NCBI GenBank assembly: GCA_965116495.1
Contig: OZ220696.1
Location: 64,001-128,000, forward strand
Length of the DNA stretch: 64,000 nucleotides
From: Gammaproteobacteria bacterium
GTDB taxonomy: Bacteria; Pseudomonadota; Gammaproteobacteria; Eutrophobiales; Eutrophobiaceae
Direction: 5' to 3'
Each line of letters begins with the position of its first letter. The stretch's first letter is position 1. The notes below the pieces were generated by a model. That model did no database searches, was not told where the DNA came from, and was given only the letters and a program-made list of their open reading frames with translations. Positions 48,847 to 58,550 of this stretch are shown piece after piece. A program made the translations under genes and the position numbers.

Positions 48847-50076
48847 ATGAATACAGGTCCGAATAATTCCAGTTTCAGGGGGACACCATTTAATTCGCGC
48901 ACTGAGCCGCTGAATCTTTTCGTGAGATGGATAGCCTGGGATATCTATCATGTCGTAGATGTATTCAGTGGTCTCGATGATGAACTCAAGGCTATTCGTG
49001 AAGAAGTAGCTGTAATTGATATGTCGCCGCTTTCAAAATTTGAGATATCAGGACCGGATGCAGAGCGGTTTACCAACTATGTAATTACACGTGATGCAAG
49101 CAGAATGGAGGTTAATCAGGTCATTTATACACCATGGTGCGACCATAACGGCAAGGTTGTCAGTGACGGCATGGTTTTTCGGATGAACGAAGACAGGTTC
49201 CGTATCACCGGCGATCCGAGTCATGGCTGGCTTAAGCAAAATGCGGGAGGCTTTGACATAACGATTCAGGAAGTTACCCACGATCGTGGAATCCTGTCAT
49301 TACAAGGTCCAAAGTCCCGGGAAGTCCTTGATGCGGCAACAGCAGAGGACTGGTCGGAATTTAAATTCTCACGGATTCGTGTTGTAAAGATAGGGGAAGT
49401 TGAGGTGGAAGTTGCCCGGCAGGGATTTACAGGCGAACACGGCTATGAATTGTGTGTCGCCAATGACGATGCTGAAACATTGTGGGATACGATATTTGAG
49501 GCAGGAAAAGATTTCGGTATTAAACCCGCAGGTTATCTCGCGTTGGATACTGCCCGCATAGAGGCCGGCCTGATCATTCCGGGGCCGGATTTCACCAACG
49601 GCGGGGCGGAAACTGATGCAATCGGTGCCCCGATAGAAGTCGATTCGGAAAATATGGCTTCCCCGTTTGAGCTGGGTGCCGGCCGGTTTGTCGATTTTGA
49701 GGGTGATGATTTCCTGGGTAAAACAGCATTGCTAAATGAAAAGGGAACAGCTGTCAGGCGCAACAGGACAGGATTGCATATTGAATGGCAAGGGATAGCC
49801 GACCTGTTTACCGGGCAAGGATTGGCGCCGGTCGTAGTTCCAACACCGATATGGCACCCGCTAACGGTGATGAAAGATGGCAAAAAGATTGGCCGTGCGA
49901 CCAGTATTGCCTGGAGCCCGACAATTCAAAACGTTATTGCCTTCGGACACCTGGAAAAAGAATATTGCGAACCGGGTACGGATGTAACTGTTGAGTTTTA
50001 TGTCAAGGATAAAGCCGGTCCGGTGAATGCCAGGGTGGTAGATTTACCTTTCATCGATTTACGACGGGCCAAATAA
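48847..50076 (+). CDS. GcvT-family aminomethyltransferase / THF-dependent demethylase-like protein
   Basis: DMSPLSK...GPDA, LQGPKS, RQGFTGEHGYE, ARIEAG, VVDLPF. Confidence 0.88.
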   Translation: MNTGPNNSSFRGTPFNSRTEPLNLFVRWIAWDIYHVVDVFSGLDDELKAIREEVAVIDMSPLSKFEISGPDAERFTNYVITRDASRMEVNQVIYTPWCDHNGKVVSDGMVFRMNEDRFRITGDPSHGWLKQNAGGFDITIQEVTHDRGILSLQGPKSREVLDAATAEDWSEFKFSRIRVVKIGEVEVEVARQGFTGEHGYELCVANDDAETLWDTIFEAGKDFGIKPAGYLALDTARIEAGLIIPGPDFTNGGAETDAIGAPIEVDSENMASPFELGAGRFVDFEGDDFLGKTALLNEKGTAVRRNRTGLHIEWQGIADLFTGQGLAPVVVPTPIWHPLTVMKDGKKIGRATSIAWSPTIQNVIAFGHLEKEYCEPGTDVTVEFYVKDKAGPVNARVVDLPFIDLRRAK

Positions 50077-50171
50077 AATAATTGATAGTTTTACATCTAT
50101 ATTGTGAGACATGCATAAGTTCCATTGCAAAGATTTTGATTACCTGATTATACGACTGTACGGAGAGAGGC

Positions 50172-50210
50172 ATCAGCGCTCGTAGGACTCCCGGCGGGAG
50201 GATTCGGACA
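50172..50210. repeat. 39-bp direct repeat, copy 2 (intact 3' end of the GuaB-like gene)
   Basis: Identical to 48530-48568; includes the stop codon of the 50173-51636 ORF. Confidence 0.95.
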
Positions 50211-51636
50211 GGGGGACCAGGTACTTTTCCGGGTTGCCCAGAATCTTTGATCGCGCTGCTTGCAAGGAGGCTTCGCCGGCGTAGCTGATGGATGAACGCA
50301 GGTGCCCGCGGATACGATGTAGTATATCCTTGACGCTGCCTTTGTAGGGGACCTGTATCTCCTGGCCTTCGGGCGGGGTGTCCAGGGCTGCGTCCGTAGC
50401 CTCGGCGTTATCCGGGTCGTACAGTGATTCCAGCACCGCTTCCGGTGAAGTCATGCCGCGATAGATCTTCTTCTTGGTATGTGAGACAGGATCTTCGATG
50501 ACTCTGCCGGGCGCCTCGTCGGTGCCGGACAAGGTGCTGCCCAGCATGACTGTGGTTGCGCCGCATACCAGGGCGAGGAAGATATCCTTGTCCGTCTTGA
50601 CACCGCCGTCAGCCATAATGGGGATTGAATCTTCCAGGGTTTCCCAGGTCTCATGTATCGCCTGCAACTGCGGTACGCCGGCCGCGGTTTCCAGACGGGT
50701 ACGGCAACCCCGGCCCGGTCCAACGCCGACTTTCACCGCATCGGCGCCGATATCCCGTATAAACAGCGCTCCTTCAGCAGTGGCCACGTTGCCGCACACC
50801 AGGGGCACGTCGCCGAAACGTCCGCGAAATTCTCCGACGGCTTCTTCCATCACGGTGGAATGACCGTGGGCGATGTCAATGAACAGACAGTCCGCGCCAG
50901 CTTCCAGCAAGGCAGCGGAACGGTCCAGGTAGTCACCCCGCGCGCCGATGGCGGCAGCCACCAGCAGGTGTCCCTTGTCGTCCTTGCTGGAATAGGGGCG
51001 TTCCCGCAGTGAAAATATGTCGCGGCGCGTGATCAAACCGTGGATACGCCGTTCCGCGTCAACCAGCGGCAGGCGTTCGATGCGGTGTTCAAACAGGATT
51101 CTGGACGCCTGCCCGATGGAAATACCGGGATTATCGACAACGAGCCGGTCGAATGGTGTCATAAAGCGCTCTACAGGCTGGTCATCGTAGTCGCTGTTCC
51201 AGGGCATATCCCGCGACGACAGCAGGCCGGCCAGTATGTTGCTGCCGGGTTCAGTCTCGATAAGGATGCCGGTAATGGAATGGTTGCGGGCAAACTTCCT
51301 GGCCTGCTGGATGGTTGTGCCCAGCGGCAGACACAGGGGCTGGTTGATGACCGCGCTCTGGCTGCGCTTTATCTGCGCCACCTTGCGCGCCTGTCTCTCG
51401 ATAGTCATGGCGCGATGGATAACGCCTATGCCGCCTTCCATGGCCATGGCCCTGGTCATGTCCGCGCCGGTCACGCTGTCCATATTTGACGAGACTATGG
51501 GTAGTTCCAGGGAGAGGCTATTGGTCAAGACGGAGGTCAGGCTAATATCCCGGCGTGACTCCGTCATTCCTTTTTGCGGGCGAAACAGGAAATCGTCGAA
51601 GGTTTTTCCGGCCCAGAAGGCAGTATCTGTTGTCAT
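50173..51636 (-). CDS. Divergent IMP dehydrogenase/GMP reductase (GuaB-family) enzyme with CBS pair
   Basis: TFDD, SSNMDSVT, CBS domains, IDIAHGH, GNVAT, catalytic loop GVGPGRGCRTR, ADGG, YRGMTS, PEG...VPYKG. Confidence 0.85.
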   Translation of the reverse strand: MTTDTAFWAGKTFDDFLFRPQKGMTESRRDISLTSVLTNSLSLELPIVSSNMDSVTGADMTRAMAMEGGIGVIHRAMTIERQARKVAQIKRSQSAVINQPLCLPLGTTIQQARKFARNHSITGILIETEPGSNILAGLLSSRDMPWNSDYDDQPVERFMTPFDRLVVDNPGISIGQASRILFEHRIERLPLVDAERRIHGLITRRDIFSLRERPYSSKDDKGHLLVAAAIGARGDYLDRSAALLEAGADCLFIDIAHGHSTVMEEAVGEFRGRFGDVPLVCGNVATAEGALFIRDIGADAVKVGVGPGRGCRTRLETAAGVPQLQAIHETWETLEDSIPIMADGGVKTDKDIFLALVCGATTVMLGSTLSGTDEAPGRVIEDPVSHTKKKIYRGMTSPEAVLESLYDPDNAEATDAALDTPPEGQEIQVPYKGSVKDILHRIRGHLRSSISYAGEASLQAARSKILGNPEKYLVPLSESSRRESYER

Positions 51637-51849
51637 GAGGCGATCAGGTGATTGGGCTGCGCTGAGATGTCTTTATGTTGACTTGCTGTTTTATTCAGGA
51701 AAACGGCAGGTAATCTAACAATTTCTGCACGGATGTTCAATGACTGCAAGAGTGACATGGACATTGGGAGTCGCCTGAATATAATATATTTGCATATAAA
51801 ATGAACTTTTTATTATAGAAAGCTGTCCGGCAAGCAGGGAACGAATAGC

Positions 51850-54800
51850 ATGGTTCATCCATCTCCAGGGGTAAAGATTGTGTTATTCCTCTGCGTGGCG
51901 CTGGGATTTCCCACTACCGGCTTGACCCAGGATGATGCCATCGAGGAAATCGTGGTAACCGGTTCCCACATCAAGGGTATGCACGCAGAGGAATCCCTGC
52001 CCGTCACCAGCTTATCGAGAGATGACCTCGCCTACGAGGGTTCCCCCACGATAATCGAACTCATCAAGAACCTGTCTTTCAGCCAGGGTGCGGACGGAGA
52101 GTCCGACTTCTTCCAGGCGGGCGCCGGTCCCGACCGGGCAACGGTGAACCTGCGCGGGCTCGGGCCAAGCCGTACCCTGGTGCTGGTCAACGGCCGCCGC
52201 ACTACCTGGTCGCCCCATGCCATCAGCGCCCAGGCCCAGTTGCTGGTCGACGTGAATATGTTGCCCTCCATCGCCATGGAGCGGGTTGAGATATTGCGGG
52301 AAGGGGCCGCGTCCACCTATGGCTCCGATGCCATCGCCGGGGTGATGAACTATATCACCCGCAGCGACTTCTCCGGGGTGGAGGTCTCAGCCGCTTACAA
52401 GGGCGTCGATGGTTCTGCCGGTGACACTGATGCGGGTGTCATTCTGGGTACGGACCTGTTGCAAAACAGGGGACACGCTGTCAGTTCCTTCAGTTATACG
52501 AGGCGCGGCCGGCTTGAACTCATCAAACGCGACTGGGCGGTGCTGCCCTACGAGGAGAATCCATTGGGTGGTTGGTCCAGCATCGGCCGGCCGTCAGTCG
52601 TGGTGCCTCTGGACCGCTGGAAGGCAGCGCCTGTTGGCGGTTTCACGGGGATGCTGGCCAGCGGCATCGTCGATCCGAATTGTGAAAAACTCGGCGGGGC
52701 GCGCACGAACAAGGGAGTGCTGGGTAATGAGAACGGCGGTTTCTGCCATTTCCAGTATACCCCGTTCTATAACATGACCGAGATAACAGAGCGCTGGCAG
52801 TGGTTCACGGAACTCTCCCTGGACCTGAATGACAGCACAACACTGTCGGGTGAGTTTCTCATGACGGACAGCCGCGTGCCCACATTCCATACTTCACCCT
52901 CTTATCCGCCCAACCGGCTGATTGATGAAAACCGGACCATTCGCGCCAACAACCCCGGCCTGGTGGACATGGCCGCCAGGTATCCGGACCTGTACGGCGA
53001 CTATGCCTGGTGCGACCGGGACTATTGCCGCTGGGCCGGCGACCCGGAACAGACCGCGGCCGGCATTCCCCCGGCCTGGCAGGAAACGGCCTGGTTCTTC
53101 GGCCGTTCCTACGGCCAGGACGGTCCGTTGCGCGGCACTGGGCAGCAGACTGAGTTGTGGCGCGGGAACCTCGTCCTTGAGGGATCTTTCGCCAATTACG
53201 ACTGGAACATGGCGGCCACCTGGTCCAGGTCGAGGCGGCAGGTTCATGCGGGAGATACGATGGTATACCGGGATGCCCGGGCGCGCCAGGGACTCGCCGG
53301 TACGGAGTGCGAACAACTGGTGCCCAACCGGTATGACGACAACGGCAGGCTATTTTTTCCCCTGGACACGCTCATGGCCCATGCCGGGCAAGGTCCCTGT
53401 CGTTACTGGATACCGTTTTCCAATTCCATGCCGGGTTCACACCCGTATGTCCCCGACGGCCTTGAAGCGAACCCGGATTACAATCCGGCGCTGAACAACC
53501 AGGATATCTACGCTTACATGGTGAACAACGACTATGGAAGTCGCGGCAATACCTCACTGCTGGTACTGGATTCCGTCATCTCCGGCATGCTGCCCTGGTG
53601 GAGTCTGCCCGGCGGCGAATTGAGCTTTGCCGCCGGTTTCCAGTGGCGCAGCGAAACCTATAAGATCACCCCCCTGGGTTTCAGTGATTTCGAACGTTTC
53701 CCCTGTGCAGCCGGCCCCGAGCTTAAGGATTGCACGACTGATCGAAACGGATTGTACAGCTTCCTTGCGCCCGGATCTCCTCTCGATGAAAAGCGTGATA
53801 TCTATTCCTTTTTCGGCGAACTGCAGGCTCCTGTGACCGATAGCCTGGAAGCCCATTTTTTTCTGCGCTATGAGGATTATGGCAGTTCGGTCGGTGCCAG
53901 TATCGATCCCAAATTCCACCTACACTGGCAGGCGTTGCCAGGTATCGGTCTGCGCGCGTCAGCCGGCACAACTTTCCGCGGACCGACGCTCAACCAGGTC
54001 GTTTCCCATAATTCTTCGAATTCATTCCAGTACGTTGCCGCGACCAGCGCCTTCAAGCGTATCGACACCAGGGGTAACCCGCAGCTTGAACCCGAGGAGG
54101 CGCTCACCTTCAACGCAGGCGTATTGATCGATCAAGACAGTCTCTTCCATGACGGGGACTACTTATCGCTCAGCGTTGATTACTGGTTATACGACTTCGA
54201 AAAGCCATTGGTGACCGAACCCTATAACGCGGTGCTGGCACAGGCCTGCCCGGGAACCGCAGCGGACCCCTGTGATGTGTCCAGTCCCTACTTCGAGCGG
54301 TTGTCATTCGCCGGCAACCCGGTCGCCGCCAACGTCGAGATCATCGATATCAATATCATCAACGGCCCTGATATCAGGACCGACGGCATCGATTTCAGCG
54401 GGCTTTACCAGCTGCAGCTGGGACCGGGACAGTTCAGTATCGGGTTCAGCGGGACCAGAATCCTGGGTTATGATATTGACGCCTGGGCACTGGGTGATGC
54501 CTACAATGCGCTCGGCCGTCTTAACTATACGACGTCCCTGGCGCGTACGCTGGTCAAGCTGAAGGCCCGGGGGTTCATGAATTACGCCTGGAAGTCCCTG
54601 AATGTGCGTTACAGTGCCAGCTATGCCGATGATTACGTGGACGTAGACAGGAAAATTGACAGCCATGTCACCCACGACATCCATGCAAACTACAGGTTGC
54701 TGCAGGACCGGCTGGAACTGTGGGCCTCGGTCGCCAACCTGCTGGATGAAGACCCGCCGTTTGTCCCCAGGGAGATGAACTACGATCCGTTCACCCACAA

Positions 54801-54852
54801 CCCTTACGGGCGTACGTTCAAGGTCGGTATCCGCTACCGGATGGGTGAGTAA
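51850..54852 (+). CDS. TonB-dependent outer-membrane receptor
   Basis: Signal peptide, TonB box EEIVVTGS, plug NLRGLG..RTLVLVNGRR, YGSDAIAGVMN, C-terminal GRTFKVGIRYR. Confidence 0.93.
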   Translation: MVHPSPGVKIVLFLCVALGFPTTGLTQDDAIEEIVVTGSHIKGMHAEESLPVTSLSRDDLAYEGSPTIIELIKNLSFSQGADGESDFFQAGAGPDRATVNLRGLGPSRTLVLVNGRRTTWSPHAISAQAQLLVDVNMLPSIAMERVEILREGAASTYGSDAIAGVMNYITRSDFSGVEVSAAYKGVDGSAGDTDAGVILGTDLLQNRGHAVSSFSYTRRGRLELIKRDWAVLPYEENPLGGWSSIGRPSVVVPLDRWKAAPVGGFTGMLASGIVDPNCEKLGGARTNKGVLGNENGGFCHFQYTPFYNMTEITERWQWFTELSLDLNDSTTLSGEFLMTDSRVPTFHTSPSYPPNRLIDENRTIRANNPGLVDMAARYPDLYGDYAWCDRDYCRWAGDPEQTAAGIPPAWQETAWFFGRSYGQDGPLRGTGQQTELWRGNLVLEGSFANYDWNMAATWSRSRRQVHAGDTMVYRDARARQGLAGTECEQLVPNRYDDNGRLFFPLDTLMAHAGQGPCRYWIPFSNSMPGSHPYVPDGLEANPDYNPALNNQDIYAYMVNNDYGSRGNTSLLVLDSVISGMLPWWSLPGGELSFAAGFQWRSETYKITPLGFSDFERFPCAAGPELKDCTTDRNGLYSFLAPGSPLDEKRDIYSFFGELQAPVTDSLEAHFFLRYEDYGSSVGASIDPKFHLHWQALPGIGLRASAGTTFRGPTLNQVVSHNSSNSFQYVAATSAFKRIDTRGNPQLEPEEALTFNAGVLIDQDSLFHDGDYLSLSVDYWLYDFEKPLVTEPYNAVLAQACPGTAADPCDVSSPYFERLSFAGNPVAANVEIIDINIINGPDIRTDGIDFSGLYQLQLGPGQFSIGFSGTRILGYDIDAWALGDAYNALGRLNYTTSLARTLVKLKARGFMNYAWKSLNVRYSASYADDYVDVDRKIDSHVTHDIHANYRLLQDRLELWASVANLLDEDPPFVPREMNYDPFTHNPYGRTFKVGIRYRMGE

Positions 54853-54871
54853 TACGGCGCCGGCCGGTTGC

Positions 54872-55741
54872 TTAACGCGGGTTGAAAACGGCAAGCAGTT
54901 CGCCGGCTTTGCCGCGGTTGCTCCCGTCGCGGCTGATGTTTCTCCTGACCTTGAACCGGGATATTTCTGCCTGCCTCCCGCCATATAACTCGCGTACCTG
55001 CCTGGTATTGTGGTTTGAGATCACAACCTGTATCCCGTTGTGCGCCAGTTCGCAGGCGGCATCCGCCAGCCGTACCTGGTCCTCCCAGGTAAAACCTGCC
55101 GTGTGGTAGCCGGTAAAGTGCGCGGTATCCGACAAAGGGACATACGGTGGGTCGCAATAGACCGCATCGCCGGGTTGCGCCGTTGCCATGCTCTCGTGGA
55201 AACGGGCTTGCAGCAGGGTGGTGTTGTGTGCGCGTGCGGCAAAGGCCTGCATTTCTTTTTCGGGGAAGTAGGGCTTGTCATAGCGGCCAAACGGCGTATT
55301 GAACCCGCCCTTGCCGTTGTAGCGGCATAAACCGTTATAGCCGTGCCGGTTGAGATACAGAAAAAGCGCCGATTTCCTTCGGCTGTTACGGGTTTCATTA
55401 AATTCGTCGCGATAAGCGTAATAGCTGTCCCCGTTGTTGTGCCTGGCGTCAAAAAAACCCCGGCAATAGCGGATGAAAGAGGATCCCTCTTCGAGTAATT
55501 GTGTGTATAGGCCGATCAGGTCGGGGTTGGCGTCCGCCAGCAGGTAGGCGTCGTAACCGGTATTGAGGAAGACCGCGCCGGAACCGACAAACGGTTCTAT
55601 CAACCGTTTCCCCGGCTGCAAGGCCTTGCGTATTCTCGGCAGGAGCCGGTATTTCCCTCCGGGCCATTTCAAGAATGGCCTTATGTTAACCCCGGATTCC
55701 TCACCAGTTCGTCCGGTGGCAGGCTGAGGCTTATGACCCAT
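54872..55741 (-). CDS. dam: DNA adenine methyltransferase Dam
   Basis: FLKWPGGK, EPFVGSG, YLNRHGYNGLCRYN, YCDPPY. Confidence 0.92.
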   Translation of the reverse strand: MGHKPQPATGRTGEESGVNIRPFLKWPGGKYRLLPRIRKALQPGKRLIEPFVGSGAVFLNTGYDAYLLADANPDLIGLYTQLLEEGSSFIRYCRGFFDARHNNGDSYYAYRDEFNETRNSRRKSALFLYLNRHGYNGLCRYNGKGGFNTPFGRYDKPYFPEKEMQAFAARAHNTTLLQARFHESMATAQPGDAVYCDPPYVPLSDTAHFTGYHTAGFTWEDQVRLADAACELAHNGIQVVISNHNTRQVRELYGGRQAEISRFKVRRNISRDGSNRGKAGELLAVFNPR

Positions 55742-55766
55742 CGCATCAATTGGCTGGAAGTCCGGG

Positions 55767-56048
55767 CTACCCGCTTGCCGGCGTGTCTTCTTCCGGAGTG
55801 CGCGCCTTGATGCTCAGCGCGTGAATTTCTCCCGGCATCATGTCATCGACTGCCTGGTAGACCAGGCGGTGCCGCTGCAGGGTGGAATGCCCCCGGAACC
55901 GGGAACTGGTGATTTGGACGGAAAAGTGGCCGCCCCCGGCCGCGGCGCCGGCATGTCCGGCGTGCAGGTGGGAATCATCAGTTATTTCCAGCCGTTCCGG
56001 CGCCAGGGACTGTTCTAGTTTCGATTTGATGGTCTCCACCCTGTTCAT
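55767..56048 (-). CDS. bolA: BolA-family protein
   Basis: DDSHLHAGH, HF, RHRLVY, IHALSI. Confidence 0.88.
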   Translation of the reverse strand: MNRVETIKSKLEQSLAPERLEITDDSHLHAGHAGAAAGGGHFSVQITSSRFRGHSTLQRHRLVYQAVDDMMPGEIHALSIKARTPEEDTPASG

Positions 56049-56049
56049 G

Positions 56050-56613
56050 TCATTTCTTGCCGGCTTGCGGTTGTTCTATCGCGTAACGGGACAGGAAGAC
56101 GGCGACGCCTGTCAGGTAGACTATGTTCAATAACAGGAAACCGAACAATTTGAACATGGCCCAGGTTTCAGTGCTGAAGTTATAGGCGACAAACAGGTTG
56201 ATGAAGCCGCATAACAGGAAGAAGCCTGCAAAGGACAAGTTAACCCGGCGCCAGATGTTGCGCGGGGCATCGAACACCTGTCCCAGCAGCCGCGCTGACA
56301 GGTTACGGCTGCCGATGTAATCACTTGCCAGGAACGACAGGGAGAAAACCCAGAACACGATGGTCGGTTTCCATTTGATAAACCGCTCATCCTTGAGCAA
56401 TAAAGTAGCGCCCCCCAGGACCAGTACCACCAGGAAAATTACGACATACTGCTTTTCTATTTTTTTGGTAATGAGCCAGCCCAGGAATATCTGCAGGAAC
56501 GACGTCGCTATCAGTACTTTAGTCGCCAGGTAGATTCCCTCCTGCCGGTCTTCGGGGATGAACAGCGCAACCAGGAAAGCCAGTCCGGGCAAAAAATCCA
56601 GGAAAAATTTCAT
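56050..56613 (-). CDS. yciB: Inner membrane septation protein YciB/IspZ
   Basis: MKFFLDF.P, GGATL, FIKWKPT, W..FKLFG. Confidence 0.92.
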   Translation of the reverse strand: MKFFLDFLPGLAFLVALFIPEDRQEGIYLATKVLIATSFLQIFLGWLITKKIEKQYVVIFLVVLVLGGATLLLKDERFIKWKPTIVFWVFSLSFLASDYIGSRNLSARLLGQVFDAPRNIWRRVNLSFAGFFLLCGFINLFVAYNFSTETWAMFKLFGFLLLNIVYLTGVAVFLSRYAIEQPQAGKK

Positions 56614-56647
56614 ATTGTCGGGTCAGAAGTAATATCATAGTCAGTAT

Positions 56648-57286
56648 ATGGCCCAGTATTTTAAAATCCACCCTGAAAATCCACAAGTGCGATTATTGAA
56701 CCAGGCTGCATCTATCCTGCAGCAGGGTGGTGTCATTGCCTATCCGACCGACTCCTGTTTTGCCCTGGGCTGTCTGCCGGGCAACAAAAGCGCGTTTGAA
56801 CGAATACTTTCCATACGCCGTTTGGATCAGAAACACAATTTTACATTACTCTGTTCGGACATGACGACCGTCGGGACCCTGGCAAAACCAGATAACAGGG
56901 CATTCCGGCTGATAAAACGCGTGACACCCGGCCCTTACACGTTTTTATTACGGGCGTCCCGCCAGGTGCCCCGGTATATTCAACACCCGAAAAAAAAGAC
57001 TATCGGAATAAGGATACCGGCCCATGAAACACTGCTGGCCTTACTTGACCTGGTGGCAGAACCGGTTTTGAGCACCAGCCTGATCTTGCCGCACAATGAC
57101 ACACCCGAGACCGATCCCGAAGAGATTTGCACCAGGCTGGGCCGGGGCGTTGACCTGGTGATCGACACCGGTCCCTGCGGGACGGAGTTGACCACGGTCA
57201 TCGACCTGACGTCCGACACGGTTGAAATCGTGCGCCAGGGCCACGGGGATTTACCTGAACCTGTCAGTGCTTTGGCTTCTCTGTGA
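56648..57286 (+). CDS. yciO: Sua5/YciO/YrdC-family protein (YciO-like)
   Basis: MAQYF.IHPENPQ.RL, YPTDS, TPGPYTF, KKTIGIRIP. Confidence 0.85.
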   Translation: MAQYFKIHPENPQVRLLNQAASILQQGGVIAYPTDSCFALGCLPGNKSAFERILSIRRLDQKHNFTLLCSDMTTVGTLAKPDNRAFRLIKRVTPGPYTFLLRASRQVPRYIQHPKKKTIGIRIPAHETLLALLDLVAEPVLSTSLILPHNDTPETDPEEICTRLGRGVDLVIDTGPCGTELTTVIDLTSDTVEIVRQGHGDLPEPVSALASL

Positions 57287-57338
57287 CAGGGCAATTCTGT
57301 GGTAATCTGCGGATAAACAACAAATAAAGGGGATAATA

Positions 57339-58550
57339 TTGGTAACTTCAGCTAACCAGCGGGTGATGTCCGGGATGAGACCGACCGGCGCCCTGCATCT
57401 TGGTCACTATCACGGCGTATTGAAGAACTGGGTCAGGTTACAGAACGAATACGAATGTTTTTTCAGTGTCGTTGACTGGCATGCCCTGACGACAGAGTAC
57501 GAAACGCCCGATAAGGTGGAGAAAAATGTCTGGGAGATGATCATCGACTGGCTGGCGGTGGGCATCAATCCGGGTTCGGCGAAGTTGTACATCCAGTCAC
57601 GCATCCCGGAACACGCGGAACTGCACCTGCTACTGTCCATGATCACTCCGCAAAGCTGGCTTGAGCGGGTCCCTTCGTACAAGGAACAACAGGAACGCCT
57701 GCGCGACAAGGACCTGACCACCTACGGCTTCCTGGGTTATCCGCTGCTGCAAACCGCCGATATCATCATATTCAAGGCCAGCTACGTCCCGGTAGGTGAA
57801 GACCAGGTAGCCCACGTGGAAATGGCCCGTGAGGTGGCTCGGCGCTTCAATTACCTGTACGGTCGTGATCCCGGGTTCGAAAAAAAGGCGGAGAAAGCCG
57901 CCAGGAAAATGGGTAAGAAGAACAACAAGCTGTACTTTGACCTGTTAAAGAAATACCAGGAAAAGGGAGACGTCCAGGCCTTGGAAAAAGCCAGGGCGCT
58001 GGTGGAAACGCAGCAGAATATCAGCATCGGTGACCGCGAACGCCTGGTCGGGTACCTGGAAGGCGGCGGGAAAATGATCTTTCCCGAACCCCGGGCGCTG
58101 TTGACCGAGGCGCCTAAAATGCCAGGTACGGACGGGCAGAAGATGTCAAAATCCTACAACAACACCATTTCACTGAGGGAAAATGCCGGCAGTGTGGAAA
58201 ACAAGGTGCGGACCATGCCTACCGATCCGGCCCGGATAAGGCGTAATGATCCGGGCGACCCGGAGAAATGTCCCGTGTGGGACCTGCATAAGGTCTATTC
58301 CGGCGCCGATCTCAGGAAGTGGGTACAGGAAGGTTGCCGCAGTGCCGGGATAGGGTGCCTGGATTGTAAAAAACCCCTGATAGACGCCATTCTCAAGGAG
58401 CAGGCGGTTATCAGGGAGCGGGCCGATGAATACATCAACGACCCGGAGACCGTGCGCGCCATCATTAACGAGGGGTGTGAATCGGCACGGGATATGGCCA
58501 GGGAAACCCTGACGGAGGTGCGCGAGGCCATGGGGCTGGATTATGGCTGA
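57339..58550 (+). CDS. trpS: Tryptophan--tRNA ligase
   Basis: SGMRPTG.LHLGH (HIGH), VPVGEDQ, KMSKS. Confidence 0.96.
   Translation: MVTSANQRVMSGMRPTGALHLGHYHGVLKNWVRLQNEYECFFSVVDWHALTTEYETPDKVEKNVWEMIIDWLAVGINPGSAKLYIQSRIPEHAELHLLLSMITPQSWLERVPSYKEQQERLRDKDLTTYGFLGYPLLQTADIIIFKASYVPVGEDQVAHVEMAREVARRFNYLYGRDPGFEKKAEKAARKMGKKNNKLYFDLLKKYQEKGDVQALEKARALVETQQNISIGDRERLVGYLEGGGKMIFPEPRALLTEAPKMPGTDGQKMSKSYNNTISLRENAGSVENKVRTMPTDPARIRRNDPGDPEKCPVWDLHKVYSGADLRKWVQEGCRSAGIGCLDCKKPLIDAILKEQAVIRERADEYINDPETVRAIINEGCESARDMARETLTEVREAMGLDYG

Noticed and set aside
54872-55741. Dam methyltransferase as part of a restriction-modification system
   Set aside because: No adjacent endonuclease; it looks like an ordinary orphan gammaproteobacterial Dam.
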